From: Thermodesulfobacteriota bacterium
GTDB taxonomy: Bacteria > Desulfobacterota_D > UBA1144 > Nemesobacterales > UBA2774
Reading direction: 5' to 3'
Assembly: GCA_965223335.1 (NCBI GenBank)
Contig: OZ244991.1
Span: forward strand, 1,344,001-1,408,000
DNA: 64,000 nt
Notes under the pieces: model-generated
Database searches by the model: none
What the model was told of the DNA's origin: nothing
Seen by the model: the letters and a program-made list of their open reading frames with translations, nothing else
Position numbers and translations under genes: made by a program
Shown here: piece by piece, positions 56,064 to 64,000 of the stretch
Numbering within the stretch: position 1 is the first letter of the stretch
Layout: each line of letters starts with the position of its first letter

Positions 56064-56489
56064 CTAATCCCGAGTCGCATCGACCGGTGATCTTAACTGT
56101 TTCTTTTGGCTTTTTTTATGTTTTGCTCTAAGTCTTTTCTCTTTAGATAGTTTAGAGGGTTTAGTGCTGAGCCGTTTTTTGGGTTTAGTCGAGGCTCTCT
56201 CTATAATTTTTATCAATCTATCGAGTGCATCGGTCTTGTTGCGTTCCTGGGTCCTGTAGCGCTTGGCCTCAATGATCAAGACCCCATGGTCTGTCATCTT
56301 TCGGCCGGCAAGTTTAGAAATGCGGCGTTTCATCTCATCCGAAATGCCTTTAGCATTGTGCAGGTCGAACCTGAGCTGCACAGCACTCGACACCTTGTTT
56401 ACATTCTGCCCGCCCGGGCCGCTTGACCTGATGAAATCATATTTTATATCGGACTCATGGATTTCGATCTCGGGTGAAACTGTAATCAT
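56064..56489 (-). CDS. arfB: Alternative ribosome rescue peptidyl-tRNA hydrolase
   Basis: RSSGPGGQNVNKV, RTQERNK and a basic C-terminal tail. Confidence 0.95.
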   Translation of the reverse strand: MITVSPEIEIHESDIKYDFIRSSGPGGQNVNKVSSAVQLRFDLHNAKGISDEMKRRISKLAGRKMTDHGVLIIEAKRYRTQERNKTDALDRLIKIIERASTKPKKRLSTKPSKLSKEKRLRAKHKKSQKKQLRSPVDATRD

Positions 56490-56567
56490 ATTAATAGATT
56501 ATACCAGCTTATGATGTTGGTATGAGTGATCGTATGGAATTTGCGGTCCTAGGTAAATGAGATGGTA

Positions 56568-56608
56568 ATAAAAAGGGCCCGGTCGATAAATTTCAGCGCC
56601 AGGCCCTT
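56568..56608 (-). terminator. Intrinsic terminator after amtB
   Basis: Minus strand AAGGGCCTGG...CCGGGCCCTT followed by TTTAT. Confidence 0.65.
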
Positions 56609-56642
56609 AATGATTTAGATCAGGAAATTGTTTGCTGGGTTT

Positions 56643-57971
56643 TTAAATGTCGTAACCGGTCTCGCCGTGGTCAACAATGTCGAGTCCCTGTACCTCCTCG
56701 TCACCATCTACACGGAGTCCCACGACTGCATCCACAACCTTAAGTATGATAAACGAGATGATGGCACAGTAAATTATCACAAACACTGCGGCGAATAGCT
56801 GCACGCCGAGTTGTTTGCCCATATCCAGGTTCTCAACACTGCCCCCTAGTGCGGTGGAGGCAAAAAACGCAACGAGGATAATACCAACGAACCCCCCGAC
56901 TCCGTGCACGCCCACAACGTCGAGGGCATCGTCGAACCCGAGTTTGTATTTGGCCCAGGTCGCAGCAATTGTAGCGAGCACCGCAGAACTAAATCCGATA
57001 ACTATAGCCCCCAGAGGGCCCACAGTACCCGAGGCCGGTGTGATGGCAGCTAGCCCCGCAATGGCACCGGTAGCAAAACCGAGTGCACTCGGTTTACCCA
57101 CCCTTATCCACTCTATAGCGATCCATGTAAGGGCTGCTACACAAGGGGAAATTTGGGTCACGACAACTGCCATTGCAGCCTGACCGTTAGCGGCCAGCGC
57201 GCTGCCGCCGTTAAACCCGAACCAGCCTACCCAAAGCATCGCAGTACCTGTAAGCGTCATAGTCATGTTGTGCGGGGGGGTAGGGTTTGGGTATCCGCGT
57301 CTTTTACCGGTGAGTATTGCAGCTATAAGTGCCGCAACACCGGCAGTTATATGCACTACTATACCGCCGGCGAAATCAAATACACCCATGTCGCCAAAGA
57401 AAGATCCTTCCCCTCCCCAGATCATATGTGCTACTGGGAAATAGACCAAGATTACCCAAAGCGCCGAGAACCACATCATGGCCGAGAATTTCATTCTCTC
57501 GGCAAATGCACCCACAATAAGCCCGGGTGTGATAATTGCAAAGGTCAGCTGGAACGCAAAGAACAGCACCTCGGGTATAGAGCCCGATAGCGTGTCGGGT
57601 CCGATACCGTTTAGAAATGCTTTTGAAAACCCGCCCACAAATGCGTGGATACCGTGATCACCGGCGACCATGCCGGTTGTATCGAACGCAAGGCTATAGC
57701 CAAACACCGTCCAAATCAGCGTTACTACGGCAGTGATTGCAAAACAGTGCATGTATAGCGACAGCACATTCTTCTTACCAACGAGCCCGCCGTAAAACAT
57801 GGCAAGTCCCGGTATCATCATAAAAAGCACGAGTGCCGTAGATATCAGAATCCAGGCTGTGTCACCCGTATTGAGTTGGTCTTGGGCAAATGCATAAGAC
57901 GGTAAAACTAACAAGACAAACAATACCGATCCAAAAAACCCCACAGGGCTAATATGCAGAAATCTTCTCAT
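56643..57971 (-). CDS. amtB: Ammonium transporter
   Basis: DTAWILISTALV, FQLTFAIIT, DFAGGIVVH, GWFGFNGGS and DDALDVVGVHG; ATG at 57971 follows AGGAG. Confidence 0.97.
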   Translation of the reverse strand: MRRFLHISPVGFFGSVLFVLLVLPSYAFAQDQLNTGDTAWILISTALVLFMMIPGLAMFYGGLVGKKNVLSLYMHCFAITAVVTLIWTVFGYSLAFDTTGMVAGDHGIHAFVGGFSKAFLNGIGPDTLSGSIPEVLFFAFQLTFAIITPGLIVGAFAERMKFSAMMWFSALWVILVYFPVAHMIWGGEGSFFGDMGVFDFAGGIVVHITAGVAALIAAILTGKRRGYPNPTPPHNMTMTLTGTAMLWVGWFGFNGGSALAANGQAAMAVVVTQISPCVAALTWIAIEWIRVGKPSALGFATGAIAGLAAITPASGTVGPLGAIVIGFSSAVLATIAATWAKYKLGFDDALDVVGVHGVGGFVGIILVAFFASTALGGSVENLDMGKQLGVQLFAAVFVIIYCAIISFIILKVVDAVVGLRVDGDEEVQGLDIVDHGETGYDI

Positions 57972-58009
57972 CTCTCTTTCTCCTATGTGTGTGGTGAAAT
58001 ATCTAGTTG

Positions 58010-58025
58010 GCAATTTAAATACCAG
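58010..58025 (-). promoter_or_regulatory. Sigma54 promoter of amtB
   Basis: Minus strand CTGGTATTTAAATTGC = GG-N10-GC, about 40 nt before the ATG. Confidence 0.72.
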
Positions 58026-58167
58026 GAGTTAAAAGCAATCTGGGACTTGCACTAGGTGTGCGCAAATTATTCAATATACACAGGCAGATAAGTGGCAATA
58101 TAGTGTTTGATAAGACGATATTTTAAGGGGGGATTATGTAATTAAAACTGCTTGTTTATTGTGTGGT

Positions 58168-58206
58168 TGCCTAATATGTGGGCTTAGGCTGCTCATCTAT
58201 TAGGCA
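58168..58206. promoter_or_regulatory. Tandem NtrC-like enhancer sites
   Basis: TGCCTAATATGTGGGCT (58168-84) and TGCTCATCTATTAGGCA (58190-206), both TGC-N11-GCW, with centres 22 bp apart. Confidence 0.6.
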
Positions 58207-58241
58207 TGATTAAGTTTTTAGGTCGATATGGGTAGGCAAGA

Positions 58242-58610
58242 TTATAATTTAATCTCGACGTCGAATGAGCCGAGGTTTACTTTTGCCACAAGTCCTGCTT
58301 TCCAGCATAGGTCCCTCGCGTGCTTTTGCTGCTCTTTGGGTACGAGGAGAGAAAGTTTGACCCCGGCCTCGGACATTGCGGTCCACTTCGGTAAGTTTTC
58401 CTCAGTGACGGTCTCTTTGGTCTCGACCTCTACAATCTGGACTGTCTGTCCATAATTTACAAATACCGCATCGGGGTAAAGCCCCTGGTACTCGAAGTTC
58501 TTCTCGTCCCCGGGATTAATATGTACCTCGCTAAAGGTCCTCGCATATTTCTCTTCGATCTTTCTTATTACCCAGTCGTGGAGAAACTGTTCATCCTTGG
58601 ATCTTTTCAT
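58242..58610 (-). CDS. Hypothetical protein with PD-(D/E)XK-like motif
   Basis: YPDAVF...IVEVET; start overlaps the nadK 3' end by 20 nt. Confidence 0.65.
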   Translation of the reverse strand: MKRSKDEQFLHDWVIRKIEEKYARTFSEVHINPGDEKNFEYQGLYPDAVFVNYGQTVQIVEVETKETVTEENLPKWTAMSEAGVKLSLLVPKEQQKHARDLCWKAGLVAKVNLGSFDVEIKL

Positions 58611-59460
58611 ATCTCTCTCCCCACATGAGTTTGGTTTTAAGTATGGTGAAGTAATCTCGGTAGGGGGACTTTATGACTTTCACAGAGGTGTGTGTGTTTT
58701 GTAACTCGATTATGTCCCCTGTTTCGAGTTTTATGCCTATTTGGCCGTCCAGGGTGAGGTAGGTGTCGGGGTCTTCGGAGAGGACCTTGACGGTGATCGA
58801 TGTGTCTGAAGGCACAACCAATGGGCGGTTCGTAAGCGTGTGCGGGCAGATCGGAGTGATGATGACCACAGGGAGTGTGGGATATACTATAGGGCCGCCT
58901 GCGGACAGTGAGTAAGCGGTGGATCCGGTGGGTGTTGAGATAATTATGCCATCGGCTTTAAATGTGTTTACCAACGATTTGTCGATATGGATCTCGAGGT
59001 CTATGATTCTCGACACAGCACCTTTATTTATAACCAGGTCGTTTAGTACTACGTGCTCGCCGATCTGCTCTTTACCCCTCATTATTGATGCCGATATCAT
59101 CTCCCTTATCTCGACCTCGAAGTCCCCCTCGAGTATTCGCTCCATCATGGGGTAGAGCTCTTCCACTGTGATCTCGGTTAAAAACCCTAGGCCCCCGACG
59201 TTTATACCCAGTAGCGGGATATCGTGTTGGCAGACCAGTCGAGCCACACCCAAAAAAGTGCCGTCCCCCCCGAACACGAGTATAATATCTACGAGGTCAG
59301 GGATCTCGTCTCGTTTATATGAGTTTTCGAGGCCGATTTTATCGGCTATCTCTTTTTCGACAAACACCTCGTTACCCCGGTCTACGAGCCAGGGATAAAG
59401 CTCTGCGGTAATCTCATATACCTTGTCTACTTTGGGTTTGCCGATAATTCCTATGTTCAA
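58591..59460 (-). CDS. nadK: NAD kinase
   Basis: GGDGTFL, LGFL, LND and DGIIISTPTGSTAYSLSAGGP. Confidence 0.97.
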   Translation of the reverse strand: MNIGIIGKPKVDKVYEITAELYPWLVDRGNEVFVEKEIADKIGLENSYKRDEIPDLVDIILVFGGDGTFLGVARLVCQHDIPLLGINVGGLGFLTEITVEELYPMMERILEGDFEVEIREMISASIMRGKEQIGEHVVLNDLVINKGAVSRIIDLEIHIDKSLVNTFKADGIIISTPTGSTAYSLSAGGPIVYPTLPVVIITPICPHTLTNRPLVVPSDTSITVKVLSEDPDTYLTLDGQIGIKLETGDIIELQNTHTSVKVIKSPYRDYFTILKTKLMWGERYEKIQG

Positions 59461-59607
59461 TCGGATCTCCTCATGCCTCCCATATTCTAAGAGGGATTAA
59501 GCCCCCCCAAAAAACAATTATGGGATCTAAAAACTTAATATACCTGGTATGGTAGCGATGTAACAAAGGGAGTTAGTTAAATAAGCATAAACGATGGGAG
59601 TTGGGGA

Positions 59608-60727
59608 TCAGTGTTTGTTGGTTTCACTCTTGTTTGATGTAAACAATAAATATTGCTCGATAAATTCAGACAAATCCCCGTCCAGTACCGGCTCTACGTT
59701 ACCGGTTTCGTACTCTGACCTGTGGTCTTTGATCATCCGGTAGGGGTGAAGGATATAAGAGCGTATTTGGCTACCCCAACCGATCTCTTTTTTGGTAGAG
59801 TGCATCTCGTCGATCATCTCTTTTTTCTTTTCCTTCTCTAGCTCGTATAGCCGGGCGCGCAGTATCTTCATGGCAGTGGCACGGTTTTGGTGCTGGGAGC
59901 GCTCGTTTTGACAGCTGACCACAATCCCGCTTGGGTTATGGGTGATCCTTACGGCGGAGTCGGTTTTGTTCACGTGCTGCCCACCTTTACCGCTTGCCCT
60001 ATAGGTGTCGACCCTGAGGTCTTTTTCCTCTATCTCGATATCGATATCGTCCTCGATCTCGGGGGATACGAACACAGATGCAAAAGAGGTATGACGCCTC
60101 TTATTGGAGTCAAACGGGGAGATACGCACAAGGCGGTGTACACCGCTCTCTCCCTTTAGGTGCCCAAATGCATAATCACCTGTTACTAGGAAAGTGGCGT
60201 TTTTTAGCCCTGCGTCATCACCCTGGAGGTAGTCGACAATCTGGGTCTTGTAGCCGTTTCTTTCGGCGTAGCGCAGGTACATGCGCAGTAGCATCTCGGC
60301 CCAGTCCTGAGCCTCTGTGCCCCCTGCGCCTGCGTTTATGGATACAATAGCGTTCTTAGGGTCGTCGGGATGGCCCAAAATCCTCTTTAGCTCGAGAGCG
60401 CCTATGTTTTTCTCTAGCTCTTTTATAGCGGTCTCAACCTCGTTGGCCGAATCCTCGTCCTGCTCTTCCACCGAGAGCTCTGCCATTACCTCTGTATCGT
60501 CAAGTTCCTCGGTGAGGCTCTGCCATTGGTCGATGTCGTTTTTGATTCTGGCCTGCTCTTGCAGGTATTTCTTGGCTTTGTCGGAGTCGTTCCAAAACTC
60601 GGGTTTGCCCACTATGACCTCGAGCTCAGTTAACCGGCTCCTTTTTGCTGGAAGGTCAAAGATACTCCCCAATAAGAAGCAGTCTTTTTCTGAGCTCGCT
60701 AATTCTTTCTTTTGAGTCCTCGATCAT
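59608..60727 (-). CDS. prfB: Peptide chain release factor 2 (programmed +1 frameshift after codon 23)
   Basis: ATG at 60727 gives MIEDSKERISELRKRLLLIGEYL, then CTT TGA C; the +1 frame carries the SPF and GGQ motifs. Confidence 0.98.
60655..60670 (-). other. prfB +1 frameshift cassette
   Basis: Minus strand GGGGAG-TAT-CTT-TGA-C: internal SD-like sequence 3 nt before the CUU-UGA slip site. Confidence 0.95.
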
Positions 60728-60834
60728 CTACGCAACTCCTTATTGAACGTTAATGTACTAAATATAAGTTCTCGGTGAGTAAATGCAAGAAATGTTGATA
60801 AATCGATAGTTTAGTGTAGATTCATAGTCGTTAC

Positions 60835-60883
60835 GGCACAATCTTTTATTTGTGCCTAGGGGCCTGTGGGGTTCCTATTTTTT
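60835..60883 (+). promoter_or_regulatory. Two-hairpin leader with U tract before the aminotransferase gene
   Basis: GGCACAA/TTGTGCC hairpin, adjacent TAGGGGCC/GGTTCCTA hairpin, then TTTTTT. Confidence 0.45.
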
Positions 60884-60966
60884 GGTCTAGCGCCGAGGTG
60901 TTGCCGAGAGTATAAAATTCCAGAGACAAATACACAAATAATCAATACATACAAGGAGTTGGAGAC

Positions 60967-62109
60967 GTGAAAAAATATATCTTTACACCGGGGCCTGTGC
61001 CCGTACCGAGCGAAGTACTGATCGAGATGGCTAAGCCCATCATTCACCACAGAACCGCTGAGTTTGAAAGCATATTTGCCGAGGTCCGTGAGGGGCTTAA
61101 ATACGTATACCAGACCACCCAAGAGGTCTTTATATTGGCTGCCTCGGGCACAGGGGCTATGGAGGCATCGGTATCCAACACTCTGTCGCGGGGGGATAAA
61201 GCGCTTGTGGTAAACGGTGGTAAGTTCGGTGAGCGTTGGTCAAAAATATGTAAAGCATATGGTGTAGAGGTAGAGGAGATAAAAGTTGAATGGGGCCATG
61301 CGGTGAAACCTGCTGATATTGAGAGCGCACTTGAGAAAGACAAATCCATAAAAGCGGTACTGATACAGGCGAGCGAGACCTCCACAGGTGTGATGCATCC
61401 CACAAAGGAGATTGCCCAGATAACACAAAAGCGTGACGACGTAATACTCATTGTGGACGGTATCACGGGGGTGGGTGTGTTCCCGCTTCCGTTTGATGAG
61501 CTTGGGATAGATGTGCTTGTGGGAGGGTCCCAAAAGGCGTTTATGCTGCCGCCAGGGCTGTCATTTGCAGCAATGAGCGACAAGGCATGGTCTTTCTATG
61601 AAAATTCCGATCTGCCTAAGTTTTATCTGGACTTTAAGAGCTGCCAAAAGAGCGCAGAGAAAAACACTACACCCTACACGCCTGCAGTTACTTTAATCAT
61701 AGGGCTTGCCGAGGTGTTAAAACGGTTCCAGAGCGAGGGCATAGAGAACATGCACCGGCGCCACGCCACTCTGTCTAGAGCCACCAAAGAGGGGATGGAA
61801 GCCATTGGTTTGGAGCTCTTTACCAAGGAAACGCCGAGCACAGCACTCACGACGGTGGTTGCACCTCCGGATATTGGCGCCGCAAAGGTTATTGCGGGAC
61901 TGCGCGACCGGTTCGGTATTACGGTTGCCGGGGGGCAAGACGAGGCAAAGGGCAAGATATTTAGGATCTCGCACATCGGAGACATAGACAAAACCGATAC
62001 ACTGTCGGTAATATCTGCTGTGGAGTGCGTGTTAAACGACCTGGGTTATTCGTTTGATTTCGGGGCGGCTACAAAAACTGCATCCGAGATTCTTACAGCC
62101 GAGCAGTAA
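60967..62109 (+). CDS. Class V PLP aminotransferase (alanine-glyoxylate/serine-pyruvate family)
   Basis: FTPGPVP, SGTGAMEA, ETSTGV and GSQKAFMLPPGL. Confidence 0.93.
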   Translation: MKKYIFTPGPVPVPSEVLIEMAKPIIHHRTAEFESIFAEVREGLKYVYQTTQEVFILAASGTGAMEASVSNTLSRGDKALVVNGGKFGERWSKICKAYGVEVEEIKVEWGHAVKPADIESALEKDKSIKAVLIQASETSTGVMHPTKEIAQITQKRDDVILIVDGITGVGVFPLPFDELGIDVLVGGSQKAFMLPPGLSFAAMSDKAWSFYENSDLPKFYLDFKSCQKSAEKNTTPYTPAVTLIIGLAEVLKRFQSEGIENMHRRHATLSRATKEGMEAIGLELFTKETPSTALTTVVAPPDIGAAKVIAGLRDRFGITVAGGQDEAKGKIFRISHIGDIDKTDTLSVISAVECVLNDLGYSFDFGAATKTASEILTAEQ

Positions 62110-62152
62110 GCATTAAGTTTAGATCAACCCCGGGTTATATCGGTGAGATTAT

Positions 62153-63397
62153 TTGAAAGAAATCACGTTCATTCATCTATCCGATATCCATCTTGGCCTG
62201 CAAACCCACGGAAAACTGAACCCCAATACCGGCAGGAACACTCGACTTGAGGATATCCTGCGATCACTTGACTATGTGGTGGACCACGCAATTAGTGAGC
62301 ATATTGACCTGGTGCTCGTTGCTGGTGATATATTCCACAGAGAGAACCCGAACCCCACAGAAGAGACTGAGTTTGCTAAGAGAATCATAAGACTTGTGAG
62401 CGGGGGGGAGACCCAAGTGGTGTTGGTCCTGGGAAACCACGACTATCCTTCGACCACTGATAGAGCCTCGGCAGTAGACATATTCCCGGCACTTGACATA
62501 GAGGGTGTTACAGTATGCAGGCGCCCCGGACTCTACAGTATTAGTACTAAGAACGGACCACTTGAGGTTGCTGCCCTGCCATGGGCAAGTGGGCGGATGT
62601 TGCTTACTAAAGATGAGTACAAATCTATGTCGCCCACAGAGCTTTTGGTCGAGGTCGAAAAACGTCTTATATATGTGATTAAAGATCTAGCAGAGAGCTC
62701 AAGCCCCGAGCACCCAACGATATTTGCAGCCCACGTTGCTGCGCGCGACGCCAAACTCTCGGGTGGCGAGCGTAACGCACTAAAGACCCCCGACCCTACA
62801 GTTTCGGTTGGCGAGTTGGCAAACCCGGCGTTTACATATGTGGCGCTCGGGCATGTGCACCGGCACCAGGACCTAAACAACCCGCACCCACCCCCTGTAG
62901 TGTATTCGGGGAGTATCGAGAGGATCGATTTCTCGGAGGAGAAGGAAAAAAAGGGTTTTGTTGTGGGCCGAGTATATAGAGGCGGTGACGGTTGGCAGTG
63001 TGAATATGAGTTTGTAGAGACCCCCGCACGGCGGTTCATAACAATAGACCTGGGCGACACTGCTCAATTTAAAGAGAGGGAAGAGGAGGTGTCTGCTCTC
63101 GGGAGCTATGATACGAAAGATGCGGTTGTTAGGGTGCGCTACACTACATCTACTGACGCTGATTCAATTGATGACAAACTCATCAGAGAGGTTCTTACGG
63201 ACGCTCAGTCGTTAAAGATAGAGAAGGTGTTTGGGCGCCCTCAAAAATTGATTCGGCAGGCGGGGATATCGAGTAATATGGAGCTGTCTGACGCTTTGGA
63301 ACGTTACATAGAAACAAAACCTGAGCTCAAATCGATCTCAAAAGACCTAAAGAGCTACGCAGCGGAACTAATAAAGGAGATTGACGACGATAGCTAG
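62153..63397 (+). CDS. sbcD: SbcD/Mre11-family nuclease subunit
   Basis: HLSDIHLG, AGDIFH, GNHD, YVALGHVH and YSGSIERIDFSE. Confidence 0.92.
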   Translation: MKEITFIHLSDIHLGLQTHGKLNPNTGRNTRLEDILRSLDYVVDHAISEHIDLVLVAGDIFHRENPNPTEETEFAKRIIRLVSGGETQVVLVLGNHDYPSTTDRASAVDIFPALDIEGVTVCRRPGLYSISTKNGPLEVAALPWASGRMLLTKDEYKSMSPTELLVEVEKRLIYVIKDLAESSSPEHPTIFAAHVAARDAKLSGGERNALKTPDPTVSVGELANPAFTYVALGHVHRHQDLNNPHPPPVVYSGSIERIDFSEEKEKKGFVVGRVYRGGDGWQCEYEFVETPARRFITIDLGDTAQFKEREEEVSALGSYDTKDAVVRVRYTTSTDADSIDDKLIREVLTDAQSLKIEKVFGRPQKLIRQAGISSNMELSDALERYIETKPELKSISKDLKSYAAELIKEIDDDS

Positions 63398-63401
63398 GGC
63401 C

Positions 63402-64000
63402 CTATACACTGGCTTCGTAACAGTTGTTCTCGGGCTCGCATTCCTCGGTTTCGAGCTGGAGAGTGACATGGTTAATCCTAAAATTTTCCCGTAAACTGAG
63501 CTTGATTTTGTTTATCAATTGCTCGCTTGTAGATATATCTTCTATTACAAGGTGAGCGCTAAGTGCCTCGTGCCCCTCGGTTAGAGTCCAGGCATGGAGG
63601 TCATGCACGCTTATCACACCCTGGTGCGAGCATATGGAACGCTCCACGGCACCGAGCTCTATGCCCCTGGGTGTGCCTTCTAGCAGTATGTGAACTGATT
63701 CGCCAAAGAGCTGCCACGCACCCCTCAATATTAGCAATGCGACCAGGATACTGATTATGGAGTCGGCATAGTACCATTTTGTCCATAGCATAATCAGCCC
63801 TGCGGCGATGGCTCCAACCGAACCCAATGCATCGCTTGCCACATGATAGAGTGCCCCTCGGATGTTTAAATTGTCCTTTTGATGCTTGTAGAGCATGTAG
63901 GCGGCAAACAGGTTTACCGCTAAGCCTACAACCGCTACCACTGTCATCTCTAGGCTCTTTACTTCGTGGGGAGTCATTAACCGCTTGTAGGCTTCGATGA
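63402..64000 (-). CDS. Cation diffusion facilitator (CzcD/ZitB-like), 5' end off the window
   Basis: NLNIRGALYHVASDALGS, HILLEGTP, VHDLHAW and HVTLQLE. Confidence 0.92.
   Translation of the reverse strand, partial: IEAYKRLMTPHEVKSLEMTVVAVVGLAVNLFAAYMLYKHQKDNLNIRGALYHVASDALGSVGAIAAGLIMLWTKWYYADSIISILVALLILRGAWQLFGESVHILLEGTPRGIELGAVERSICSHQGVISVHDLHAWTLTEGHEALSAHLVIEDISTSEQLINKIKLSLRENFRINHVTLQLETEECEPENNCYEASV

Noticed and set aside
60885..60930. Glycine or ZTP riboswitch (CGCCGAGGTG resembles part of the glycine aptamer)
   Set aside because: The GGAGA and CUCAGG elements of the glycine aptamer and the 3' CGCCUGGGC-type element of the ZTP aptamer are absent

Overview
A gene-dense bacterial chromosome segment made mostly of housekeeping genes. 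The gene order (split atpF'FHAGDC operon, yebC-ruvCAB, tolQRA, argS-SPOR, ffh-rpsP-khpA-rimM-trmD-rplS, pilin-ABC-permease-TPR) is deltaproteobacteria-like. A Desulfobacterota/Ca. Dadabacteria-type organism is my inference only and needs a phylogeny. About 65 CDS are supported, including xseA (partial), tandem thyX, the F1 and stator ATP synthase genes, rho, carB, thiC, tsaD, amtB, nadK, prfB (with its +1 frameshift) and sbcD. I found no tRNA, rRNA, CRISPR array, transposase, integrase or prophage, and I cannot support a large exotic novel system. The best leads are small or regulatory. (1) A structured, anti-Shine-Dalgarno-bearing element with nested micro-ORFs upstream of carB. (2) A sirtuin with substituted NAD-binding motifs heading a thyX/pentapeptide/xseA run. 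(3) Repeated -10 boxes 7-10 nt before start codons, suggesting leaderless mRNAs. (4) A sigma54 pilin locus whose accessory protein has duplicated pseudopilin-like repeats. (5) A TrmD-SPOUT fusion, a YnbE-YdbL-like fusion, an unannotated lysozyme-like lipoprotein and an attenuator-like leader before a class V aminotransferase.
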